DNA of 64,000 bases from positions 160,001 to 224,000 of the forward strand of contig CAVVEU010000033.1 of assembly GCA_963747235.1 (NCBI GenBank). Reading direction: 5' to 3'. The notes under the pieces are model-generated. The model was not told the DNA's origin. It did no database searches and was given only the letters and a program-made list of their open reading frames with translations. This DNA comes from an uncultured Candidatus Rokubacteria bacterium (GTDB lineage Bacteria; Methylomirabilota; Methylomirabilia; Rokubacteriales; CSP1-6). A program made the translations under genes and the position numbers. Below, in pieces: positions 18,789-28,719 of this stretch. Within the stretch, counting starts at the first letter, position 1, and each line of letters starts with the position of its first letter.

Positions 18789-19364
18789 ATGGCTGAGAAT
18801 CCGGGGATCCTGGGTGACCGGGGCAAGAGCCTCGAGGACGAGTTCTTCCGGAAGGAAAACGAGCGGGCCATCGCGCGCCTCCGCGAGCTGAAGGACCGGA
18901 CCACCTCCCGCGAGAGCCTGGCCAAGGCCATCGGGATCACGAACGAGAAGATCATCGACCGGCTGATCGAGCTCGGCATCCGGCCCGAGATCGTGAGCGC
19001 GCTCGCGATCGTCCCGCTCGTGGAGGTGGCCTGGGCCGACGGCTCGCTGGACGCGAAGGAGCGTCAGACCGTCCTCGAGCGGGCGGAGAAGTCCGGCATC
19101 GCCGCCGGCACGGCCGACCACGACCTCCTGCGGAGCTGGCTCGAGAAGAAGCCCGAGCCGCGACTGCTCGCCGCGTGGACCGAGATGGTCCGCGGCCTCT
19201 CCGAGCGCATGCCTCCCCAGGAGCTCGCGGCCCTCAAGGCGGGGCTCATGGAGCGCGCCAAGGCCGTCGCCCGCGCGAGCGGGGGCTTTCTCGGGGTAGG
19301 CGCCGTCTCGGCCGCCGAGCAGGACGTGATCGACCGACTCGAGTCCGCGTTCCGGCGCGCCTAG
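18789..19364 (+). CDS. Conserved hypothetical protein with a TerB-like helical domain
   Basis: RGKSLEDEFF N-terminus; PLVEVAWADG..D..ER and VARASGGFLG...SAAE motifs; GGAGG RBS. Confidence 0.7.
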   Translation: MAENPGILGDRGKSLEDEFFRKENERAIARLRELKDRTTSRESLAKAIGITNEKIIDRLIELGIRPEIVSALAIVPLVEVAWADGSLDAKERQTVLERAEKSGIAAGTADHDLLRSWLEKKPEPRLLAAWTEMVRGLSERMPPQELAALKAGLMERAKAVARASGGFLGVGAVSAAEQDVIDRLESAFRRA

Positions 19365-19374
19365 CGCTCAGGCG

Positions 19375-20439
19375 CTACCTCGCGAGGCGCTTGATCGCCG
19401 CGTCGGCTCGCCTGGCGAGCGGACTGGCCGCCTCCGGCTGATTCGCGCGCACCGCGCGCCACGTCTTGAGCGCGCCTGCCGGCTGACCGCCGGCTTCTTC
19501 CAGCAGCGCCTTCGTCACGTCCAGCGAATCGTCCGACCCCGTCGCCGGGGAGGAGCCGGCCTTCACCATGTCGACGATCACCAGATGCTCCGGCGCCGGC
19601 AGCGCCGCGATCAGACGCTCCGTGAGAGGCTCGTCCCTCAGGGCGGCCTGGTAGATCCCCCGGATCTCCCGCAGCAATCGGCCGTCGATGGCCTCGTCGT
19701 TCTTGTGCATCTCGCTGGCAATCTTGACGAGCTCCACGCGCGCGTCGGTGCTGCCCCGGTTCAGCAATGCCGAGATCTGCATGCCGCGCACATACGGGCG
19801 CTCTCGATTGCTGGCCACCGCCTTGGCGAATTCGCCCATCGCGGAGTCGACCGGTTCGTTGCTCCACATCTTCCAGTGACCCCGGAAGGCATGGGCATAG
19901 GGATTGGCGGGATCGGCCTCGAGCGCCTTGACGTACCACGGCGCGGGATCCAGCGCGGACTGCCCATCGCGCCGCTTCAGGAAGTAGCCCCAGCCGACGT
20001 GCGCATACAGGTCGCCGACTCGCGCGCCGGATGATTCGAGGGCGCCCCGATGCAAGACGGGCAGCACCTTGTCGACCACGCTCGTGAATGTCTGCCCCTG
20101 CGGCACGGAGACGTTCTCCAGCCACTGCATCGCCAGGCTTTCCTGCGCGGCTCTCACCTGTTGCCGCCGCTCGCCCGGACGGCGCGTCAGCTTGGCGAGG
20201 AGATTGCCCTGCTCCGCCTGCGTCAGCGCCGTCTCGAAGGTCGTCCACGCCTGCGGATAATCCCGGGCCGACTGCTGGGCCGCGCCGGTCGCCAGCAATT
20301 CGCTGATACGCCGCTCGCGTTCGGCGGACTCGGCGGTCATGGTCAGAAACTGCCGCGCCCCGGCAATGAGCGACAGCACGGCCGCGACGATGCCGACCCA
20401 CTTCATGAACGATTTCAGCGGCGAGGATGTCTCGTCCAC
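19375..20439 (-). CDS. Membrane-anchored TPR-like hypothetical protein
   Basis: N-terminal TM segment WVGIVAAVLSLI; TPR-like YVKALEADPANPYAHAFRG; alternative ATG at 20460. Confidence 0.65.
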   Translation of the reverse strand: MDETSSPLKSFMKWVGIVAAVLSLIAGARQFLTMTAESAERERRISELLATGAAQQSARDYPQAWTTFETALTQAEQGNLLAKLTRRPGERRQQVRAAQESLAMQWLENVSVPQGQTFTSVVDKVLPVLHRGALESSGARVGDLYAHVGWGYFLKRRDGQSALDPAPWYVKALEADPANPYAHAFRGHWKMWSNEPVDSAMGEFAKAVASNRERPYVRGMQISALLNRGSTDARVELVKIASEMHKNDEAIDGRLLREIRGIYQAALRDEPLTERLIAALPAPEHLVIVDMVKAGSSPATGSDDSLDVTKALLEEAGGQPAGALKTWRAVRANQPEAASPLARRADAAIKRLAR

Positions 20440-20519
20440 GTTCTCTCCGGCGCAGTCCATCCTGCCATGCTCGACGTGCCCGGCCACGGAAAATCGCGGC
20501 GCGCGGCGGCCGGCGCGCT

Positions 20520-21283
20520 TCAGCTCAGCAGGAGACGGAGCGCACCGGCGAGGGCGATGGCCACCAGCGTCAGCGCGAATGCCCGTCGCGGCAACCGGGC
20601 GTTGAGCCGGTATCCGAGCCAGCTCCCGAGGTAGAGGAACGGCGTCGCCGCCACGGTGGCGAGCAGGAGCGGCGGGGTCACCCAGCCGATCGCGGCGTAC
20701 GTGCCGACCTTCACCACGTCGGACATGGCGTAGGCCAGGGTGCCCGTGGCCACCACGCCGGCGCTGCTGAGCGGCCGGCCGACCAGGTAGAGCCCGAGCA
20801 CCACGCCGCCCGAATGCGCCACCGTCGAGGCCACACCCGCCGCGAGCCCGACGCCCATCGCCACCGGCCGCGAGGAGGGCGCCGCGGTCGGGGTCCCGCC
20901 GCGCAGCATGACCGCGAGCTGCACCGACCCGAAGAGCAGCGCGGCCCCGCCGATGGTCTGGCGCAGCGCGGTCGCCGAGAGGCCGGCCACCAGCCAGCCG
21001 CCCAGCACGATGCCGACGAGCATCGCGGGCACGAGCCGGCGCGCCTCCTCGCGATCCCAGCGCCGCCAGTAGAGCCAGAGCGAGATGGGGTCGCTCAGGA
21101 GCAGGAGCAGGCCGATCATCGCGAGCACCGGCTGGGGCGGCAGGACGATCGTCAGGACCGGCGTGAGGGCGAGCCCGATGCCGCCGCCCACCGCGTTGCG
21201 CAGGAAGCCGGTCACGAGGGCGGCCGCGCACGCGATGCCGACGAGGAGCGGGCCGAGGTCCGGGGGGCCGATCAGCGTCTCAT
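20520..21283 (-). CDS. TauE/SafE family exporter (probable 1-nt deletion after the ATG)
   Basis: GGGIGL..TP and STVAHSGG motifs; hydrophobic multi-TM protein. Confidence 0.8.
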
Positions 21284-21316
21284 TCCGCTACCCGCCGGCG
21301 GTAGGGTTCCGGGGCT

Positions 21317-23302
21317 TCATGTCTCCCCGAGCGCGCGCGCCAGGCGGGCCCGGATGTCGGCCCAGGCCACGTCCACGTCGGCCGTGGTGGGCGGGCGGGT
21401 GCCCGCGATCTCGCGAATCCGCTCGTAGATCTGGTGCTTGCCCCAGTCGCGCACGGCCGGCGGCACACTTCCGAGGACCCGGTGGGCGGCATCCTGGATC
21501 GTCGGCGGCCAGTGTCGCTCCATCTCGGCGCGCCGCTCGCCGAAGTCGAACGTCCCAGTGGGTGGGGCGGGCATGGCCGCGCGCCGCCGCGCAGTCGCCT
21601 CCGCATCGACCCGACCGTCGGCCAGCACGACACCGTACGCCTCGCGCGCCCGGCCGACGCTGAGGAACCCCGCGCGCACGTCCGCCCGCACCGCCTCGGG
21701 GTCCCGGCCGCGCGGATCGCCGTGGCCGCCCCCGCTCGGCGAGAAGAAGCTCACCACGTCACCGGGCTCGAGGTGCAGCACGTCGACCTTGCCGATGTCG
21801 CGCGCTCGCGACGTCCCGCGGTTGACCACGCAGCTTCCCATCGTGCCCGCGCGGCCGCCGGCCACGCCCCAGGGCTCCAGGCGGCATCGCTCCATCCCGC
21901 GCGCCGTCACGATGGCGTGCGGGTGAAACACCTGGAAGTCGAGGCGGACCGCGAGGCCGCCGCGGTACTCGCCCGCCCCGCCCGTGTCGGGAATCAGGTG
22001 ATACCGGCGCATGACGATCGGCACCTCGGCCTCGATGGACTCGACCGGCGTGTTCCGGAGGAAGCCCGCGGTCGAATCGGCGCCGCTGATCCCGTCCATC
22101 TCGGGGCGGCCCCCGCCGCCGCCCAGCATGGGCTCGACGACCTGGACCTGACGCTGGCCGGTCATGAGATCCAGGACCGAGGCCACCACGGGCGAGATCC
22201 CGCCCGCCGGCGCGGCGGGCACGCGGCCGGGCAGCGCCTGGGCGAGCGCGCCGAGGACCGCGTCGAAGACTCTCAGCACCGTTCCGTAGCGCACGCCGAC
22301 CGGCGACGGGAAGAGCGCGTTGACGAGACAGCCGGGCGGCGCCGTCACCCGCACCGGCCGGAGAATGCTGGAGGCCTTGGGGATTCCCGGATCCTCGGTG
22401 ACGAGGTAGGCGTTGATCGCCTGGCACAGGAACGGATGCGTCACCCCATGGCTCGCGATGTTGAGCGCCGAGCCCACCTGGGGATCGGTGCCCGTGAAAT
22501 CGAGATGGATCGCGTCGCCCGCGATCGTCAGGGCGACCTGGATGCGGACCGGCACCTCCGAACGGAGGTCGTCCTCCATGTACTCGGTGAACCGATAGGT
22601 GCCGTCGGGGATCTTCCGGATCGCCACCCGCGCCCGCTGCTCGGCGTAGTCGAGAACCGCGTCGATCCCCTCCACCACCGTGGCGAGGCCGAACTTGCCG
22701 ATCATCTCCTGGACGCGCCGGTCGCACGAGCTGACCGCGGCCACCATCGCCTTGATGTCGCCCCAGTTGACCTCGGGGATGCGGCAGTTGTCCCCGATCA
22801 GGTTCTTGACGTCTTCCTGGAGCACGCCACGCCGGTAGAGCTTGGTCGGTCGAAGCCGCAGCCCTTCCTGGAAGATCTCGGTCGCCCGGGGCCACACGCT
22901 CGCCGGCACCGCGCCCCCGATGTCGGAGGAGTGGACGAACGCGTAGCCCCAGCAGATGACGCGCCCCGCGTGAAAGATCGGGCGGAGAATGTGGATGTCC
23001 GGCAGATGGGTGCACAGCGGGCCCGACAGGTACGCGTCGTTGCAGATGACGATGTCGCCCTCGTCGTAGTGATCGAAGTAGCCGAGGGTCTGGGCCATGT
23101 TGAGCCCGAGATACGACGAGGCGCCCAGGTTCCAGGGATAGGCGACGTACTCCCCGCCCGTCGACACGAGCCCCGTCGAGAAGTCCGCGGTCTCCTTCAC
23201 GAAGGTCGTGTAGGCGGTGCGCTCCATGATCCGCGCCATGTCCTCCACCACCGCCTGGTAGTGATTGCGCAGGATCTCGAGCGTGACCCGGTCGATGGCC
23301 AT
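21317..23302 (-). CDS. Hydantoinase B / 5-oxoprolinase family subunit
   Basis: DFSTGL, HLPDI, HSSDIGG, EIFQEG, NTPVESIE and SGGGHGDP motifs. Confidence 0.93.
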   Translation of the reverse strand: MAIDRVTLEILRNHYQAVVEDMARIMERTAYTTFVKETADFSTGLVSTGGEYVAYPWNLGASSYLGLNMAQTLGYFDHYDEGDIVICNDAYLSGPLCTHLPDIHILRPIFHAGRVICWGYAFVHSSDIGGAVPASVWPRATEIFQEGLRLRPTKLYRRGVLQEDVKNLIGDNCRIPEVNWGDIKAMVAAVSSCDRRVQEMIGKFGLATVVEGIDAVLDYAEQRARVAIRKIPDGTYRFTEYMEDDLRSEVPVRIQVALTIAGDAIHLDFTGTDPQVGSALNIASHGVTHPFLCQAINAYLVTEDPGIPKASSILRPVRVTAPPGCLVNALFPSPVGVRYGTVLRVFDAVLGALAQALPGRVPAAPAGGISPVVASVLDLMTGQRQVQVVEPMLGGGGGRPEMDGISGADSTAGFLRNTPVESIEAEVPIVMRRYHLIPDTGGAGEYRGGLAVRLDFQVFHPHAIVTARGMERCRLEPWGVAGGRAGTMGSCVVNRGTSRARDIGKVDVLHLEPGDVVSFFSPSGGGHGDPRGRDPEAVRADVRAGFLSVGRAREAYGVVLADGRVDAEATARRRAAMPAPPTGTFDFGERRAEMERHWPPTIQDAAHRVLGSVPPAVRDWGKHQIYERIREIAGTRPPTTADVDVAWADIRARLARALGET

Positions 23303-23304
23303 GG

Positions 23305-25369
23305 CTACGTGCCCTCGATCACGAGGTTGCCGAACGCGTCCACGGATGCGCGGAAGCCAGCCGGCACCAGCGTGGTCGTATCTTCCTGTTCGATGACGGC
23401 CGGCCCGTCGAGGTGCTGGCCGGCCATGAGATCGCGCCGGTGGTACACCGCGGCGTCGTGGCGCTGCTTGCGGTAGTGGATGGGCCGCCGCCCCGCCGGG
23501 GTGGCCGGACCCTGTCCCGTCGGGACGGCCCTGAGCGCCGGCTTCGGAGTGTCGCCGGTGATGGTTGCGCGTAGATCAATGAGCTCGACGTCGGCGGCGC
23601 GGTCGGCGTGGGCGTACAGGCGCTCGTGGCGATCGTGAAACGCGGCCTGCAGGCGCTCGGTGCCGGCCTCCTCGAGCCACGCGGGATCGATCGGCACCTC
23701 GATCTGGAAGGCCTGCCCGACGTACCGGAGGTCGGCGCTGTGGGCGATCGTGCTCTCCGAGACGGCGGGCGCCTCCTCGCGGAGCCAGCGCGTGCGCGCG
23801 CTCGGACAGCTCCGCGCACTCGGCGGCGAGCAGCTTGCCCCCCACGCTCCCCCGGTTCGAGGTCGCGGAGAGCTTCCGGTGAATCGTCTTCACGTAGTCG
23901 CTCTTGACGTCGGCCATCATGGCGCCCTGGGCGCAGAGCGTGCCCGGGGACGGCGGCACGATGACGCGCGGGATGTGGAACTCCTCGGCCAGGAAGCACG
24001 CCTCGACGGGGCCGGCGCCGCCGAAGGCGACCAGGGCGAAGTCGCGCGGGTCGAGCCCGTGCCGGGCGAGCACGTTCGAGAAGGCCGCGTACATGTTCGC
24101 GGTGGCCACCTCGATCACCGCCTCGGCGGTCTCGTGCACGTCGAGGCCGAGCGCCTCGCCGAGCGGCCGCATGGCCAGGGCGGCCTTGTCGGGATGCAGG
24201 CGCAGCCGCCCCCCGACGAAGTTGTCGGGGTTGAGGAAGCCGCACAGGAGGAAGGCGTCGGACAGCGCCGGCTCGGTCCCGCCGTGGCCGTAGCAGGCCG
24301 GCCCGGGATCGGCGCCCGCGCTGCGCGGGCCGACCTTCAAGACCCCGACCGCGTCGAGCCACGCGATGGAGCCCCCGCCCGCCCCGATCGACGACACGCC
24401 GACCACCGGCATGACGATCGGAAAGTCGCCCACCGTCTCGCTGGTCGAGTACACCGGCCGACCATCTCGCACCAGCGCGATGTCGGCGCTCGTGCCGCCC
24501 ATGTCGAAGGTGATCAGGTCGCGGTAGCCGGCTCGCACGCAGACGTACGTCGCCCCGATGACGCCCGAGGCCGGGCCCGAGAGCATCGTCTCCGCGGTGG
24601 CCTGTCGCGCGTCGCGGGCGGTCGTCACGCCGCCGTTCGACTTCGTGATGTACAGGGGCACGCGCACCCCGACCCCGCCCAGCTCCCGCTCGAGCTGCCC
24701 CAGGTACTGGTCCACGCGAGGCCGCACGTAGGCGCTCAGGATCGCCACCATCGTGCGCTCGTACTCGCGGATCTGCGGCCACACCTCGTGCGAGCAGGTG
24801 ACGTGGAGACCGGGGAAGCGCTCGGCCAGCACCTTGCGGGCTTCCGCCTCGTGCGCGGGCGTGCGGTAGGCATTGACGAACGAGACGACGAGGGCCTCGG
24901 CGCCCTCCCGCTCGACGAGCCGCGTCGCCTCGCGGAGGAGCTCCTCGCGGTCGAGCGGGGTGTCGACGGTGCCGTCGGTCAGGATGCGCTCGGTCACCTC
25001 GCCCACGCGGTAGCGCGGGATGAGCGGCAGCGGGCGCGTGGCCGTGAAGTTCACCGGGCTCGCGAGCCGGAGCCGCTGGATCTCGAGCAGGTCGCCGAAG
25101 CCCGCGGTGACCAGGAGCCCCAGCGAGGCGCCGTTGCGCTGGATGACGGTATTGATGGCGATCGTCGCGCCGTGGACCAGGTAGTCGAGCGCCCCCGGGT
25201 CGAACGCCCGCTCGGCCACGAGGGCACGAAATCCGTCGAGGACCCCGCGGCCGGGATCGCCCGGCACGGTCGGCGACTTGAAGCTGGCGAGCTCGCCGGT
25301 GCTCTCGTCGAGGAGGCTGAAGTCGGTGAACGTCCCGCCGATGTCGATGCCGAGCCGGTAGCGTCCCAC
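23305..25369 (-). CDS. Hydantoinase A / oxoprolinase family subunit (frameshift near 23795)
   Basis: GIDIGGTFTD, REYER, SGPASGV, DMGGTS and SAGADPGPACY motifs. Confidence 0.9.
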
Positions 25370-25395
25370 CGCGTGATCTCCGGGGAGAAGGAGCG

Positions 25396-25788
25396 CTACC
25401 TGGGGGTGAACATGGGCACCGGCGGGCCGCCGTCGGTGGGCGTCCACACCACGCGCACCGGCTGGCCGATGCGGAGCGCGTCGAAGTCGCAGTCCACCAG
25501 GTTGGTCATCATGGTGGGCCCCTCGTCCAGCGTCACGTAGGCGATGACGTAGGGCGGGGTCGCGCGCCGCATCACGCTGTAGGAGTAGATGACGCCGCGG
25601 CCCGCGGAGTCCTTCCACTCGGTGCGGTCGCTGCCGCAGAGGGGGCAGTTCGGGCGCGGGTAGTGATGCGCCCGCCCGCAGGCGGTGCAGCTCTTCACGA
25701 GCAGCTTGCCCTTGGCCGCCGCCTCCCAGAAGGGCGCGGTCTCGGGCGTCGAGTTCGGAGCCGGGATCTTCGGCGCGCTCGCGGCCAT
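25396..25788 (-). CDS. DUF35 Zn-ribbon/OB-fold protein
   Basis: PFWEAA, CTAC...YPR..CPLC and LDEGPTMMTN motifs. Confidence 0.9.
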   Translation of the reverse strand: MAASAPKIPAPNSTPETAPFWEAAAKGKLLVKSCTACGRAHHYPRPNCPLCGSDRTEWKDSAGRGVIYSYSVMRRATPPYVIAYVTLDEGPTMMTNLVDCDFDALRIGQPVRVVWTPTDGGPPVPMFTPR

Positions 25789-25790
25789 GG

Positions 25791-26960
25791 CTATCTCGCC
25801 TCCAGGATCAGGGTGGCGCTGGCGTGGCGCGTGGCGAGGGAGCCGCCGGTGCCGTGGGCCAGGGCCAGGTCGCAGTTCTTCACCTGCACCTTCGGATGCG
25901 CCTCGCCGCGGAGCTGGCGCACCGCCTCGATCACCTTGGTCATGCCGCCGCGGTTGGCGGGGTGGTTGTTGCAGAGGCCGCCGCCGTCGGTATTGAACGG
26001 CAGCTTGCCCACCCCCGCGATCAGGTTGCCGTCGGAGACGAAGCGCCCGCCCTGCCCCTTGGGGCAGAAGCCCAGATCCTCGAGCGTGATCAGCACCGTG
26101 ATCGTGAAGCTGTCGTAGATCGAGGCGTACTTGATGTCGGCCGGGGAAACCCCCGCGCTCTCGAAGGCGGCCGGGCCGGACCAGCGCGCGCCGGTGTAGG
26201 TGAGATCGATCTGCCCGCCCATCTGGTGCTTCACCGCCTCGCCCGCCCCGCGCACCGTGACCGGCGGGCGCTTGAGCCGCTTCGCCACCTCGGGCCGCGC
26301 CACGATCACCGCGCCGCCGCCGTCGCTGATCACGCAGCAGTCCAGGCGATGCAGCGGATCCGAGATCATGGGCGAGCCGACCACGTCCGCCACCGTCACC
26401 ACCTCGCGCAGCATCGCGTGGGGATTGTGCTGGGCGTGCTGGGAGGCCGCGACCTTGATCCACGCGAGCTGCTCGCTGGTGGTCCCGAACTCGTGCATGT
26501 GGCGCATCGCCGCCATCGCGTACTGGTTCACCACCGTGGGCGAGAACGGCGCCTCGAACGCCACGTCGGGCGCGGTGGAGCCGTAGTTGCGCGGGGCGGT
26601 GCCGGTGGCCATGCCCTCCGCACGCGGCCGCCCGGCCAGCGTGATCAGGGCCACGTCGCAGCGCCCCGCCGCGATCGCTTCCGCGGCGTGGGCCACGTGC
26701 ACCACGTAGGAGGACCCGCCGGTCTCGGTGGTGTCGATGTGCCGCAGCCGCAGGCCCATGTAGTCGGCCATGGAGAGCCCGCCCAGGCCCGGCGCGTCGC
26801 CCGCGCAGAAGTAGCCGTCGACGTCGTCCTTGGTGAGGCCCGCGTCCGTCAGCGCGCCGTGCGCCACTTCCGCGTGGAGCTGGGCGAGCGAGATATTGTC
26901 CGCCTTGCGGGTCGGATGCTCGAAGACGCCGACGATGTACGCGCGGTCTCGGATGCTCAT
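25791..26960 (-). CDS. SCP-x/Ltp2-type thiolase-fold protein
   Basis: LDCCVISDGG, YDSFT and NTDGGGL motifs; adjacent to a DUF35 gene. Confidence 0.9.
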   Translation of the reverse strand: MSIRDRAYIVGVFEHPTRKADNISLAQLHAEVAHGALTDAGLTKDDVDGYFCAGDAPGLGGLSMADYMGLRLRHIDTTETGGSSYVVHVAHAAEAIAAGRCDVALITLAGRPRAEGMATGTAPRNYGSTAPDVAFEAPFSPTVVNQYAMAAMRHMHEFGTTSEQLAWIKVAASQHAQHNPHAMLREVVTVADVVGSPMISDPLHRLDCCVISDGGGAVIVARPEVAKRLKRPPVTVRGAGEAVKHQMGGQIDLTYTGARWSGPAAFESAGVSPADIKYASIYDSFTITVLITLEDLGFCPKGQGGRFVSDGNLIAGVGKLPFNTDGGGLCNNHPANRGGMTKVIEAVRQLRGEAHPKVQVKNCDLALAHGTGGSLATRHASATLILEAR

Positions 26961-27943
26961 GACTTGGCGGTCGCCGCGGCCTCCGGATTCAGCACGTTGA
27001 TCGGCTTGCCGGCACCGTAGGCCAGCACCTGGTCGAAGATCGTGTCGTACATGTGCTCGAGCCCGTCCAGCTCGACGTAGCCCAGATGCGGCACGCAGAT
27101 CGCGTTGTCCATGGCGAGCAGCGGATGCTTGGCGCCCATCACCGGCTCGTCCTCGTAGACGTCCACCGCGGCCATGCCGGGCCGGCCCTTGGCGAGCGCG
27201 GCCTCGAGCGCGCCCGGCACCACCAGCCCGGCGCGGCTCGTGTTGACGAACACCGCCGAGGGCTTCATGCGCGCGAAATCGTCGGCGGTCACCATGCCGC
27301 GGGTCGCGTCGATCAGCCGCACGTGGATCGAGACCACGTCCGACTCCGCGAAGAAGGCCTCGCGGCTCGCCGCGGGCGTGTAGCCGTCGGCCTTCGCCTT
27401 CTCGAGCGTGCTCTCGCGGCCCCACGCCAGCACGTTCATGCCGAAGGCGCGCCCGTAGCCCGCCACCACCGCGCCGATCTTGCCGTAGCCCAGGATGCCG
27501 AGGGTCTTGCCGCGGAGGCCGGTGCCGATCGGGAAGGCCTGCCACTTGCCCGCGCGCATCGCGATCATCTCCTGGGGAATGCGCCGCACCGCCGCGATCA
27601 CGAGGCCCCACGTCAGCTCCGCGGTCGCGTAGGAGGGCCGGCCCGGCATCTGGCTCGAGGAGACGATGACGCCGCGCCGCGTGCACGCGGGGACGTCGAT
27701 GTTCGGGACCACGCCGACCTGGGTGATCATGCGCAGCCGGTCGAGACGATCGAGCAGCGGGCCGCGGATCGGGGTGCGCTCGCGCAAGAGCACCAGCACC
27801 TCGGTATCTGTAAGCCGCGCGGCCAGCGTGTCCACGTCCTTGGTGTGATCCTTCCAGATCGTGACGTCCTGGCCCGCCATCTTCTTGAAGGCGTTGAGCG
27901 TGCGGATCGTGTCCTGGTAGTCGTCGAGGATCGCAATCTTCAT
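26957..27943 (-). CDS. D-2-hydroxyacid dehydrogenase family protein
   Basis: ILDDYQ, RERT, GYGKIG, VNTSRA, DVYEDEP and PHLG motifs. Confidence 0.92.
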   Translation of the reverse strand: MKIAILDDYQDTIRTLNAFKKMAGQDVTIWKDHTKDVDTLAARLTDTEVLVLLRERTPIRGPLLDRLDRLRMITQVGVVPNIDVPACTRRGVIVSSSQMPGRPSYATAELTWGLVIAAVRRIPQEMIAMRAGKWQAFPIGTGLRGKTLGILGYGKIGAVVAGYGRAFGMNVLAWGRESTLEKAKADGYTPAASREAFFAESDVVSIHVRLIDATRGMVTADDFARMKPSAVFVNTSRAGLVVPGALEAALAKGRPGMAAVDVYEDEPVMGAKHPLLAMDNAICVPHLGYVELDGLEHMYDTIFDQVLAYGAGKPINVLNPEAAATAKS

Positions 27944-27990
27944 GGCTTGGCCCTCCCGGGCGCCACGTAGCCTACCATACTCACCGCCGC

Positions 27991-28521
27991 TCACGGCTCG
28001 CAGATCGCTCTTCTTTTTTCGCACTCCTCGAAATGTCGTCGTTGAGCCAGCTCTCCGTGTTCTCTCGAAGTCACGTTCGCGGTTGTGCTCGACATGTACG
28101 CTTCGGTGGCCGGGCCAGACCACCACGTATCGAATGTCGGCCTGGCCGCACAACACGCCACGATAGGCCGGCCTTCGCCCTCGTACTCAGCCCTCAGGGC
28201 CTCGCGGATCCGTGGCGCGTCTGCTTCCGAGAAACGCAGTATGACCGTCGTCAAGATTCGGGCCGGGCCCCCAGCCTCCAAGAACCTGTACTCGACCTGG
28301 ACCGGCACTGCCGCCCATGTCAAATCGGCAATGCAGCGCGTGTAGGGCAGCATGCCCCCCCACCTCTCGGCGCATCGAGCGTCGAGCCGCTTGCTCAGCA
28401 GTTGCTTCACCTCGACGCCGAACACGATGTCGCCGAACGCGCGTGGCTCCGCCGATGCGAGGAACGGTAAGAGGAACAAGAGAGTAAGAGCTGCGATGCC
28501 GGCCCGCCCGACGTTCGCCAT
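27991..28521 (-). CDS. Secreted hypothetical protein with atypical composition
   Basis: Signal-peptide-like N-terminus and GGAGG RBS; more A/T-ending codons than neighbouring genes. Confidence 0.5.
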   Translation of the reverse strand: MANVGRAGIAALTLLFLLPFLASAEPRAFGDIVFGVEVKQLLSKRLDARCAERWGGMLPYTRCIADLTWAAVPVQVEYRFLEAGGPARILTTVILRFSEADAPRIREALRAEYEGEGRPIVACCAARPTFDTWWSGPATEAYMSSTTANVTSREHGELAQRRHFEECEKRRAICEP

Positions 28522-28719
28522 GAGCCAACCTCCATCAGGCGATAAACGCCTGAACCAGGATGGGCCTATTGGGTTGGTTCCAAGAGTACAGCGCGCGCAC
28601 CTCGATCTCCACCACCTCGGGCGTAGGAACCTCGCGTCACGTGTGCCGTATCGGGCGCGAGAGCTCGATGGGCTACCATGCTAGACTCCGCCCGTCGTCC
28701 ATCATCTGAGGAGGGGCTC

